A stretch of DNA of 33,275 bases. Origin: an uncultured Syntrophales bacterium. GTDB lineage: Bacteria; Desulfobacterota; Syntrophia; Syntrophales; JAAYKM01. Where the stretch lies: contig CAZIPU010000006.1 in assembly GCA_964541005.1 (NCBI GenBank), positions 1-33,275 on the forward strand, in the 5' to 3' direction. The number at the start of each line of letters is the position of its first letter. Within the stretch, counting starts at the first letter, position 1. A program made the translations under genes and the position numbers. Shown in pieces: positions 18,983 through 27,906 of the stretch. The notes beneath the pieces were generated by a model. That model was given only the letters and a program-made list of their open reading frames with translations. It ran no database searches and was not told the DNA's origin.

Positions 18983-19292
18983 CTTCCTCGGACTTTTCTG
19001 CTTTCGGAAACAGAACCTTAATATGTCACACATGTTAAATGTAAAATTTGTATCTTCTCGAATATTTTTGTGATTTTTCGCAAAAATATTTTTTATGACT
19101 GATTTGGTCTTAACAAAAAAATATCGTAAAACGTACTGGTTTCAAAAATCGGCTCTTCTCATTCCCGATACCTAAAGACCCGTAATAGGCGGTGATATTT
19201 TCATCGCAAAACCTAGGCTCGGTTGAATAGTTGCTTTCATGATTAAACGGGGCTATTCCAGAAAAAAATGATCCTTTATCAGTTTGGTCGGC

Positions 19293-20837
19293 ATGAAATT
19301 TAAGTCATTTTTTTCTTACAGCAATTTAGTGTTCTTATCTGTTTGGCTCTTCCTTTTCATTGCCGGAAAAAGCAGGCTCTTTCGTGATCCCGGCACATTC
19401 TCCCATACGACCATCGGGAAAATGATCCTCGATACCGGTCAGTTTCCACACACGGATACTTTCACCTTCACCCGTTTTGGTAAGAACTGGATCGCCCAGC
19501 AATGGCTTGGCGAATGCATCATGGGTTTTGTCCACCGCCTGGCGGGGCTTGATGGGCTCCTTGTTCTGACAGTATCTCTCATTTCCCTTCTCTATGCTCT
19601 CCTGGCCATCCGAATTGACCGTGCCCGCATGAACCTCATGCTCGGGTCACTCGTCCTGGTCATTTCCCTGGCCGCGGCTGGTCATCATTTCCATGTCCGG
19701 CCACATCTGGTCACAATGCTTTTGCTGGCGGTTCTGTTCTCAAAACTGTGCGATATTGACATGAAAAGAGCAAGTTGTGCGAGTCTGTCCTGGCTGTTGC
19801 CGGTCTTTCTCATCTGGGTAAACATTCACGGCGGCGCATTGGGAGGGATGTGCACTCTCCTCATTACTACAATGGGCTGGACATTTGCCTGGTGGCTTGG
19901 CTATAACAATCCGATCCGGAATCTTAAATGTTTTTTTCGCTTATGGGTACTTACTTTTTTCTGTTTCTTGACATCCATTTTAAATCCATATTTCCTGACG
20001 CTTCCCTTAACGTGGCTGAAAATCATGGATTCCAAAGCCACGGCGGAGCTTATTGAAGAGCATGCCTCCGTTTTAAATCTCCTCCATCGCGGCGATCCTA
20101 CGTCATTCATAACCGTTGCCATTGTTTCTTGTTTAGCTTTATTTTATCTTTCCCTCCTGGTCGGAACCAACAAAAACGACAGAAGAGTGACCTGGTATAT
20201 TCCCCTAATCTGGCTTATTCTTTCCTTCTCCCGAATCAGGCATGCGCCGCTGTTCTCCGTCGTTTCCGTCATTGCCATTGCAGAAATGTTTCCTTATTGC
20301 CGCTGGGTTAAATTACTCGGCAGCAGGGGGTTTATCACCTTTCAAATCAGGAACCAAGGCAAGGAAACGGGAAACTCCCCCCGTTTGAAATACATTCTGC
20401 CGGCGTTGATCGCAGGCTTGACCTTTCTATTCTGCCTGGGCTCGGCGAACCTGCCCTCGACAGCCCAGAGATGGGTGAAACTCGATCCTTCCTACTGGCC
20501 TGTTGAAGTGCTGCCTGAACTGAAGACAATCCAGCAGGAAGTTCCAAGGGGTACTCCTATCTTTAACGACATGCCCTTTGGCGGTTTTCTCATCTACCAT
20601 ACACCGTGTTTTCGCGTGTTCATCGACGACCGTTGCGAACTCTACGGGGATGATTTTTTATTCCGATATGTCAAGGCGGAAAGATCAGATTTTGAGACCT
20701 GGACAAAGCAATACCATTTTAATATTGCCTTGCTTAAAACAGGCTCAAACTACCGGAAATATTTTGATGATAATCCGGATTGGCTTGTTGTGAAGCGGGG
20801 CCGTGCCGCCGTTCTTTATCGGAAAATCATCCCATGA
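19293..20837 (+). CDS. polytopic integral membrane protein, GT-C-like (putative glycosyltransferase or oligosaccharyl-type transferase); function uncertain
   Basis: ~514 aa from the ATG at 19293 (the ORF track begins at TTG 19284). About 10 or more hydrophobic segments in the first ~390 aa. An early loop FRDPGTFSHTTIGKMILDTGQFPHTDTFTF...WIAQQWL resembles the first periplasmic loop of GT-C enzymes. Soluble C-terminal ~120 aa. Visibly AT-rich. Confidence 0.7.
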   Translation: MKFKSFFSYSNLVFLSVWLFLFIAGKSRLFRDPGTFSHTTIGKMILDTGQFPHTDTFTFTRFGKNWIAQQWLGECIMGFVHRLAGLDGLLVLTVSLISLLYALLAIRIDRARMNLMLGSLVLVISLAAAGHHFHVRPHLVTMLLLAVLFSKLCDIDMKRASCASLSWLLPVFLIWVNIHGGALGGMCTLLITTMGWTFAWWLGYNNPIRNLKCFFRLWVLTFFCFLTSILNPYFLTLPLTWLKIMDSKATAELIEEHASVLNLLHRGDPTSFITVAIVSCLALFYLSLLVGTNKNDRRVTWYIPLIWLILSFSRIRHAPLFSVVSVIAIAEMFPYCRWVKLLGSRGFITFQIRNQGKETGNSPRLKYILPALIAGLTFLFCLGSANLPSTAQRWVKLDPSYWPVEVLPELKTIQQEVPRGTPIFNDMPFGGFLIYHTPCFRVFIDDRCELYGDDFLFRYVKAERSDFETWTKQYHFNIALLKTGSNYRKYFDDNPDWLVVKRGRAAVLYRKIIP

Positions 20838-20924
20838 AAGAAGGGATACGGTTTGCCAAAGCAAATCCAGGGACGTGCCAATGCAAGAAATTCATTTGAG
20901 AGAAATGCTGAAGATGCAGAGTTT

Positions 20925-21928
20925 TTATCCGATGCATTTCTTGATGACATTTAACACCCTGTCAACAGAAATGGCCTCCATACATCTGTTGTTCTTACAG
21001 GGTGAAAAACGATGGTTATAAACATTCACGCAAGGACTGCAGGCCAGGGAAGCGGACAGGCAATGATGGTTGCCTCCGATTGCTCCAAATAATCGGGGTG
21101 TTTCCGGGCCCAAAAGAACAATGTTGTGGACGTCGGTCAGGGAAGCAAAATGCCCGGGACCACTGTCATTTGTAACCAATACGTCTGCCATCGTATATAG
21201 CGTGAGCAATTCTTTCATCGTGGTCTCACCGGCAAGATTAAAAACCCTGGGAGAGGCTATTTCTCTGCAAATTGAACGACCGCTCTCTCTTTCTGATGCG
21301 GTTCCGGTAATGATCAATGTGGACGTTGGGAGCGGTAAATCCTGCTGATCCATCTCAAGGGCTTTAACGAGCAAGAGATACATCTTCGCCGTGTGAAGAT
21401 AGGGATTGTATTGCACGCGATGCGTCAGGAGATTTCCCCGGTAAGGGGTTTCGCTGTTGAAACGATGAAGTCCGACTCTGCAGGGAGCACCGATGAGATA
21501 CGAAATAATGGCGGAGGCCCTTGAAAAAAATTCCATATCGATGGTGGCATCAATTCCAATTCTTCGTGCAAGCCCAATCGATTTCAATATATCTCTGGAA
21601 AAAACAAAAATATCAGAGCACCGGACAACAAAAATATTATCACTCGGGATTATATCCAATACATCGAGAATGGCTTTGTTTTCTTCGAAGACACAAAAAA
21701 AGACGTTTTGTCTGCCATAGTTCTTAATGGCTTCCAGCATAGCATCGCCGCGTAGGCCAGTACCGCCGCACCTTGCTCAACAAGCTTGATAAAAAGGACT
21801 TTCCGAACACTTGGGACGATGTGCCGGCGTCTGGAAAATAACCCTGAAAAATAACGGTGAACAGTGAGGATGAAACAAAGCAACTGGCCGATATACTTAT
21901 CAATAATCCGAATGGTATCGGGATTCAT
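20925..21928 (-). pseudogene. glycosyltransferase family 9 (heptosyltransferase-like) split by a frameshift at a 5-bp tandem duplication
   Basis: ORF 21928-21650 gives a GT9 N-terminus (KVLFIKLVEQGAAVLAYAAM). ORF 21740-20925, in a different frame, gives the rest, including IDATIDMEFFSRASAIISYLIGAPCRVG and VTNDSGPGHFA. The junction is ATGCTATGCT (minus strand; agcatagcat at 21736-21745). Deleting one ATGCT fuses both into one ~332-aa protein. Confidence 0.7.
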
Positions 21929-22003
21929 GAATTGGATCCGCTATTCCTTTTATAAAGATTCGCACCTTGCTTTCTCACATTGACCCACGGGCAAAGGATG
22001 TTT

Positions 22004-22975
22004 TCAATGGGCTGATTCTGCGTCTTTCTTCATCAAGGCTTCGGCCTTTGTCATATTTTCTTTCGCTTTGGCGTAGTATTTGGGATTCACTTCAATCGCT
22101 TTCTGAAAGGCAGCAATCGCTTCCACATACTTCTGCTCTGCCAGATAAATACAACCCAGATTGTTATAGGCCGATGCTTCGTCACCGGCCATTTTAAAGG
22201 CCTTCAAGGCCTCATCGTAACGTCCCAGTTTACCCAAAACAATGCCCATGTTGGCGTAGATCTTGTTTTTAGCCGGCGCCAGGTCCACAGCCGTTGCATA
22301 AGCCTGAAGCGCTTTTTCATATTCCCCGGCTAGAGTATAGGACATGCCGAGATTATTGAAGAGATCTCCCGATTTGGGATTGATGGCAATGGCTTTGTGG
22401 TAATAGCCGATTGCATCTTGAAATTGCTGTTTTCTGTCCGAAATAATACCCAGAAATGAATAGGCCTGCCAGAGATCCTCCTTCAATTTGAGAGCCTGTG
22501 AAAATTGAGACCGGGATTCCTCCAGATTTCCCCGGACCAGGGCAACCCGACCTTTTCCCTCATGGGCGAGGGCATAGGCCGCATCGTTCTTCAGGATGGC
22601 ATCAAAGTCGCCTTCCGCCTCGTTCAGCATCCCCCGGGAGATGAATAGCAGCCCCCTCTTGTAGAACACGGCGCTTCGCTTCGGATCCATCCCGATTGCC
22701 TTGTCGTAGTAGACAAAGGCCATATTAGGGTTTCCCTGGCGGATGTACTGATCTCCCAGCCTTTCCATTTCAGCCGCATCGGGCGCTTTCAGTTTTTTGT
22801 CGACGTCGATTTCCGGGTTCATCGCGGCGGCTTTCGCTTTCTGCAACTCCAGCATCTTCCGGTAACCGTCCCCCTGCATGAGCCCCTGATCCTTATTCCA
22901 CCACGAACAACCCGACAGACACAGGAATGAAAGAAGGATCATCACGATGCCCGCATTGTAAAATCGATTTCCCAT
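22004..22975 (-). CDS. TPR-repeat lipoprotein (TadD-like position in the tad operon)
   Basis: 323 aa. Signal peptide with lipobox LSGC, then ~7 tandem TPR units (recurring A..Y..A....P pattern). Confidence 0.8.
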   Translation of the reverse strand: MGNRFYNAGIVMILLSFLCLSGCSWWNKDQGLMQGDGYRKMLELQKAKAAAMNPEIDVDKKLKAPDAAEMERLGDQYIRQGNPNMAFVYYDKAIGMDPKRSAVFYKRGLLFISRGMLNEAEGDFDAILKNDAAYALAHEGKGRVALVRGNLEESRSQFSQALKLKEDLWQAYSFLGIISDRKQQFQDAIGYYHKAIAINPKSGDLFNNLGMSYTLAGEYEKALQAYATAVDLAPAKNKIYANMGIVLGKLGRYDEALKAFKMAGDEASAYNNLGCIYLAEQKYVEAIAAFQKAIEVNPKYYAKAKENMTKAEALMKKDAESAH

Positions 22976-23029
22976 TTTTTTTCTCTTTCTGAATTAAGCG
23001 GTGTGATTAATTTAATTTGCGAACCAGAA

Positions 23030-23060
23030 GATTCTTCATCACGACGCTCCTCTGAATGAC
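23030..23060. repeat. single hairpin-module repeat in the gap between the two TPR genes
   Basis: gattcttcatcacgacgctcctctgaatgac, close in form to gattcctcgtcgctgcgcgcctcagaatgac at 31951-31981. Confidence 0.55.
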
Positions 23061-23128
23061 TTCACCGTGGTCACTCTGTACACCCTGCGCGTCACATTGA
23101 CGTTCGTAACCTGTCTCTCCCGTTGCCC

Positions 23129-24526
23129 TCAGTTGCAGTAAGCCTGCCGGTTCGCAACCAGATCCTTTCCCAGAACAACTTTCACCTTCACATTCGGCCT
23201 CGCCGATTGACTCATTTCTTGCCTGATTGAAAGTTCCGGTATCTTTTCCGCGATTTCATCCGCCACATCACGGTAATCTTTCTGATAATAGATGCTGCCC
23301 CTGACATGATTGAAATTCTTTGTGTTTGTGAGACGGACAACATTGAATCCATTTGCTTTAAGATATTTTCCAATATCCCTGGCCATATGATTCTTTCCGT
23401 TGCCATTGGAAACCTCAATGCCTGCCTGACGGAACATGCCGGCATTCATGCTATCGATGATTTCTCCGCCGCTCATTTTTGCGTATGCCGCATTCCGGGA
23501 AGGCACCTTCTCGATACGGGCCAGAGCTTCCGCCGCTGCCAACCCCTGGCGTGCACCGGCCAGTTCCGGATTCGTCAGGAGCGCCTCTTGAAAGTGCCGT
23601 CTTGCTTCCTCGAACAAGCCCTTCTCATAGAGTTTCCGGGCATACTGGAATTGCCGGTCAGCCTCCGTTTTATTCACGACAGCGTTCGGGGCTACGGCGG
23701 AATCAGCCGGTGAATCTCCCTTCGTCACATTGTTTTCCGCTGTTTTATTTGCATCTCTCTGTGCCGCTTCCGCAACCTTCATTAACGCCAAAGAAGCCTC
23801 CAGCCCATTTTTCGCACTATCCAATGTAGGATTCAGCTTCACGGCTGCGCGATAGTGTTCGGCAGCCCGGCCGAACAGGGCCTTGTCGTAATAAACAGCA
23901 CCCATTTTCAGGTGAGCGTAGACCTGATCGCCATTGCCTGCCGTCTGAAATTCCCGAAAGGCCTGATTGTCCTGTCCCGCCAAGGCATAGGCCAAGGCCA
24001 GGTTGTTCCTGATCCGGTTGTTTTTTTCGTTCAGGGCAAGGGCTTTTCTGCAGGCTGAAATGGCCTCTTCGTGCTTTTCCTGCAGCAAAAACGAATAACA
24101 GAGGTTATTCCATAAATAATCCAAGTTGCCGTTCAAGCTGATCGCCTGCTCGAAACTCAGGGCGGCGTCCCGGTGTTCTCCTAGCTGGTCGTGGCAGATT
24201 CCTTTGCCATTGTAAGCCTTGACATTAGACGGATCAATGGCGATAACCTTTTCGTACTCTGCAATGGCTTCCCGATAATATCCCCGCTCCTGGTAATAAG
24301 AAGCCAGAAGGTAGTGTGATTCAGGATTCCCGGGTTGGACCCGGATCTTTGCGACAAAGCGGTTCACCGCCTTGTCATCCATGGTCGCCCCCAGTTTTTG
24401 GGACTGCCAGAATTTCAGGCTATTCCAGTTTACACTGGATGGTGAACAGGCTGCTAAGGTCATCAGAAGCAAAAAAAGAAGCATACCCTGCAAACCGATT
24501 TTCCGGTATCCGGTTATCCCTTCCAT
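23129..24526 (-). CDS. TPR-repeat lipoprotein with C-terminal LytR_C-like domain
   Basis: 465 aa. Lipobox LAAC, two TPR blocks separated by a low-complexity linker. The C-terminal ~90 aa (IEVSNGNGKNHMARDIGKYLKANGFNVVRLTNTKNFNHVRGSIYYQKDYRDVADEIAEKIP) match the LytR_C pattern as I recall it. Confidence 0.8.
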   Translation of the reverse strand: MEGITGYRKIGLQGMLLFLLLMTLAACSPSSVNWNSLKFWQSQKLGATMDDKAVNRFVAKIRVQPGNPESHYLLASYYQERGYYREAIAEYEKVIAIDPSNVKAYNGKGICHDQLGEHRDAALSFEQAISLNGNLDYLWNNLCYSFLLQEKHEEAISACRKALALNEKNNRIRNNLALAYALAGQDNQAFREFQTAGNGDQVYAHLKMGAVYYDKALFGRAAEHYRAAVKLNPTLDSAKNGLEASLALMKVAEAAQRDANKTAENNVTKGDSPADSAVAPNAVVNKTEADRQFQYARKLYEKGLFEEARRHFQEALLTNPELAGARQGLAAAEALARIEKVPSRNAAYAKMSGGEIIDSMNAGMFRQAGIEVSNGNGKNHMARDIGKYLKANGFNVVRLTNTKNFNHVRGSIYYQKDYRDVADEIAEKIPELSIRQEMSQSARPNVKVKVVLGKDLVANRQAYCN

Positions 24527-24572
24527 TGTTTATCGCCTCTCTTTCAAGTCAATATATTACAGCCACGCAACG

Positions 24573-25535
24573 TCATCCCCTTCCGAAGTGCGTCTCAATC
24601 AGCACCCGGTATATTCTGATCGCCGCTGGTCCGACAATCACGACAAACAGAGCCGGAAAAATGAACAATATGAGCGGAAAAAGGAGCTTTACCGGTAGTT
24701 TCGTCGCGGTTTCCTCCGCCCTCTGTCGCCGCTTCGTCCTCATGGAATCGGAATGGACCCGCAACGCCTGGGCGATGCTGGTACCGAATTGGTCCGTCTG
24801 GATCAAAAGCGTCACCAGACTTTTCACATCTTCAACCCCGGTCCTCAACCCCAGGTTTCTCATCGCATCCTGGCGGGAACGGCCTGCCCTCATTTCCAGG
24901 CTCATCAGGCTGAACTCGTCACTGATGACCTTGTTGCTCAGTCTCATCTCATCGGCAATCCGCTTGATCGCCTGGTCGAGCCCCATTCCTGCTTCGACGC
25001 AAACCACCATGAGATCGAGGGCATCGGGGAATCCCTCCCGAATCTTTTCTTGCCGGCGGGTGATGGCGAAATGGACCCACAAATCCGGTCCGTAGAAACC
25101 AAGAAGTGCAGAAAATACGATCATGACGCCGAAAATTCTCCGCTCTTCAAAGAGACCAAAGAGCAGATGTCCAATGAACAAAGCCGCCGGCAGGAGCATG
25201 GCAAAAAAAACTTTCGAGCCGTAGAAAATAATCAGATTGCCCTGGCGCCGGTAACCCGCCATGGACAACTTTCTCCTGCGTTGTCCCAGTTCCTCTTCAG
25301 TTCTGGGTTGCGAGAAAGGAGCGAGCCTGGCGGCCATCTTCGTGAAAAACCGCTTTACCGGGATCTCCGCCTTCGACTCGCCGGCCTCGCTCGTCACCTC
25401 AGGCAGCGTGTACTTGTCGATCTTTCCGATAATCTCTTTTTTCGTTCTTTTATCTTCATAATAAAGATAGCAAGAAACAATCATAAGGACCAGCCCTATG
25501 AAAACGAGCACGGGAATGGCAATGACTTCATTCAT
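24573..25535 (-). CDS. tadC: Flp pilus assembly inner-membrane platform protein TadC (T2SS F-domain)
   Basis: 320 aa. N-terminal TM, a GspF-like domain (FPDALDLMVVCVEAGMGLDQA), C-terminal TM pair. Sits after tadB. Confidence 0.85.
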   Translation of the reverse strand: MNEVIAIPVLVFIGLVLMIVSCYLYYEDKRTKKEIIGKIDKYTLPEVTSEAGESKAEIPVKRFFTKMAARLAPFSQPRTEEELGQRRRKLSMAGYRRQGNLIIFYGSKVFFAMLLPAALFIGHLLFGLFEERRIFGVMIVFSALLGFYGPDLWVHFAITRRQEKIREGFPDALDLMVVCVEAGMGLDQAIKRIADEMRLSNKVISDEFSLMSLEMRAGRSRQDAMRNLGLRTGVEDVKSLVTLLIQTDQFGTSIAQALRVHSDSMRTKRRQRAEETATKLPVKLLFPLILFIFPALFVVIVGPAAIRIYRVLIETHFGRG

Positions 25536-25545
25536 GGCTGCAGCC

Positions 25546-26517
25546 TCACACCTTCATCACGATCATCCTTTTCATGACCAGGATTCCTACCACCATCATG
25601 ATCCCCGCGGCGGCAAGCATGACATGCCCGATGGGATCCGTAATCAAGAGCTTGACATACTCAGGATTGAGGAAAAAAATGAGCAGACCGACAAAAAAAG
25701 GCAGACCGGCCAGGATGACGGCCGACAGCCGCGCCTCGCCGGTCAGAGACTTGATCTGCCCTTTCAGGACAAACCGTGCGCGTATCAGGCGGGCAATGTT
25801 CTCCAGGATCTCGGCCAGATTTCCCCCGCTGTCCCTCTGGATGATGACGGAGATGGCAAACAGTTTCAGGTCGTCGCTGTCGACACGGGCCACCAGGTTT
25901 TTCAGGGCATCTTCATAGGCGACGCCGAAATTGATCTCATCCAGGGTTTTGCGAAACTCCGTACCGGCCGGATCTCCGAACTCCTGACCGACCATCTGCA
26001 TCCCCCCCGTGAAGGCGTGACCTGCTTTCAAGGATCTTGCCAGCATATCCAGCGCTTCCGGAAGCTGTTCCTCCAGTTGTCGGATCCGTTGCTGCTTTTT
26101 GAATTTAATATAAAGGATGGGAATCAAACCGGCGAGGATTCCGATGGTCAGGCGCAACCATAACCAGCTGACAACCGCCGATGCTGTAACGAATCCGATA
26201 CCAAAAAGGAAGACGGAAGACAGCAGGTAAACCCCCAGGGGAAAAGGAAGGTTGGCCTGCACCGCCATTCTTTCTAGCTGAAAAATCAGCGGAAACCGGA
26301 TATTCAGAAGAAAACGGTTGAACCAGGGGATGTCGCTCATGATGCGCTGGCGGACCACGCTGATTTCCTGACGGCCGTAGGGTTCCCCGGAAAGCTGGCG
26401 CAACTGAGCTTTTATTCTCCGTTTCTCCGGATTCCACCGGATTCGGCCCAGGAGAAACAATCCTTCGATCAGAAGGACAACGGCGATGAAGATCAGAACA
26501 ATCTGCAGATATTCCAT
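25546..26517 (-). CDS. tadB: Flp pilus assembly inner-membrane platform protein TadB (T2SS F-domain)
   Basis: 323 aa. GspF-like domain (LPEALDMLARSLKAGHAF) and TM segments at both ends. Directly downstream of tadA. Confidence 0.85.
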   Translation of the reverse strand: MEYLQIVLIFIAVVLLIEGLFLLGRIRWNPEKRRIKAQLRQLSGEPYGRQEISVVRQRIMSDIPWFNRFLLNIRFPLIFQLERMAVQANLPFPLGVYLLSSVFLFGIGFVTASAVVSWLWLRLTIGILAGLIPILYIKFKKQQRIRQLEEQLPEALDMLARSLKAGHAFTGGMQMVGQEFGDPAGTEFRKTLDEINFGVAYEDALKNLVARVDSDDLKLFAISVIIQRDSGGNLAEILENIARLIRARFVLKGQIKSLTGEARLSAVILAGLPFFVGLLIFFLNPEYVKLLITDPIGHVMLAAAGIMMVVGILVMKRMIVMKV

Positions 26518-26543
26518 ATTATTCCCCGACTTTCTTCAGGTTT

Positions 26544-27869
26544 TCATATCTCCATGACATTCCTCGGATCCAGGATTTCGTAGGGAACTTCGATCCCGGC
26601 GGCTTTGAACCGTTCAATAAAGCGCGGCATGACACCTGTCATCCTGAACCGCCCGGTGACTTCGCCTTTCGATGTCACCCCCGTCTGTTCGAAAGAAAAA
26701 ATCTCCTGGATGGTAATGACATTTCCCTCCATCCCGGTGATTTCCGAAAAGCTGATCAGCTTGCGGCTTCCGTCGATCAGGCGCGCGATCTGGACTACGA
26801 TGTTGAGTGCCGAACTGATGTATCGCCGGATGGCCTCGTTCGGGATGTTCATTCCCGCCATGGCAATCAGAGTTTCCAGCCGCAGCAGGGCATCACGGGG
26901 AGAGTTGGCATGAATCGTCGTCAGCGAACCATCGTGACCCGTATTCATAGCCTGGAGCATGTCCACCACCTCGGAGGCACGGACCTCACCGACGATAATC
27001 CGGTCGGGACGCATGCGCAGACTGTTTCGGACCAGATCGCGTTGTGTAATTTCCCCTTTTCCTTCGATATTCAGCGGTCTTGTTTCCAACCTCACCACAT
27101 GTTCCTGCTTGAGCTGCAGTTCCGCCGAGTCTTCGATGGTCACAATGCGCTCGTCGGGGGGAATGAATCGGGAAAGGACATTGAGCAGCGTTGTCTTCCC
27201 TGTTCCAGTACCTCCGGAGATCAGCACGTTTAGCCGCGCCTTGACGATTCCTTTGAGAATTTCACCGATTTCTGCCGTGACGCTTTTCAGGACGATAAGG
27301 TCCTCCATCTCCAGGGGATCGACGGCGAATCTGCGAATAGACAGGGATGGCCCGTCTACGGCAGCGGGAGGAATGATGGCGTTCACACGGGAGCCGTCCT
27401 TGAGCCTGGCATCCACCATAGGAGTGGATTCGTCGATCCGGCGGCCGACGGCGGAGACGATGCGGTCGATGATTTTACGCAGGTGGGCGTCATCCTTAAA
27501 CCTCGCCTCGGTTAAGTGGAGCTTTCCGAAACGCTCCACGTAGATCTGACGGTAAGTGTTTACGAGGATGTCCGACACCGTCGGGTCTTTCATGAAGGGC
27601 TCGATGGGTCCCAAGCCCATCGTCTCGTCCTGGATCTCCTGGTAAAGGTGCTCCCGTTCCTCGGCGTTCAGAGGAGTCCGCATGCCTTCCTCCGTCAGGA
27701 TATTCGTGGTCAGACGGCGGATTTCACGCTTCAACTCGGCCTCGTTAAGGCTATCGATCAGGGACAAGTCCAGCATCTCCAGGAGGCGGTCGTGAACGCG
27801 GGCCTTCAATTCGTTGTATTCATTCGTCCTGGTAAAGGCACCTGCATTAAAAACTTGGTGATTAAGCAT
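26544..27869 (-). CDS. tadA: Flp pilus assembly ATPase CpaF/TadA (VirB11/GspE-type secretion ATPase)
   Basis: 441 aa. Walker [10 protein letters not shown], Asp box [10 protein letters not shown], Walker B IIVGEVR, His box [13 protein letters not shown]. Confidence 0.95.
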   Translation of the reverse strand: MLNHQVFNAGAFTRTNEYNELKARVHDRLLEMLDLSLIDSLNEAELKREIRRLTTNILTEEGMRTPLNAEEREHLYQEIQDETMGLGPIEPFMKDPTVSDILVNTYRQIYVERFGKLHLTEARFKDDAHLRKIIDRIVSAVGRRIDESTPMVDARLKDGSRVNAIIPPAAVDGPSLSIRRFAVDPLEMEDLIVLKSVTAEIGEILKGIVKARLNVLISGGTGTGKTTLLNVLSRFIPPDERIVTIEDSAELQLKQEHVVRLETRPLNIEGKGEITQRDLVRNSLRMRPDRIIVGEVRASEVVDMLQAMNTGHDGSLTTIHANSPRDALLRLETLIAMAGMNIPNEAIRRYISSALNIVVQIARLIDGSRKLISFSEITGMEGNVITIQEIFSFEQTGVTSKGEVTGRFRMTGVMPRFIERFKAAGIEVPYEILDPRNVMEI

Positions 27870-27906
27870 ATCTTATCCATCCCCAATCATTATTTACGTC
27901 CGGCAT

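Noticed and set aside
21650-21928. 92-aa ORF as an independent small gene
   Set aside because: Its first 61 aa are the missing N-terminus of the adjacent GT9 protein, and the remainder is out-of-frame read-through after the 5-bp duplication.
24316-26163. Plus-strand ORFs of 221-274 aa (24316-25095, 24753-25577, 25498-26163)
   Set aside because: They are antisense to the TPR-LytR_C gene, tadC and tadB. Their composition is biased (R/P/S/H-rich) and they show no independent coding evidence.
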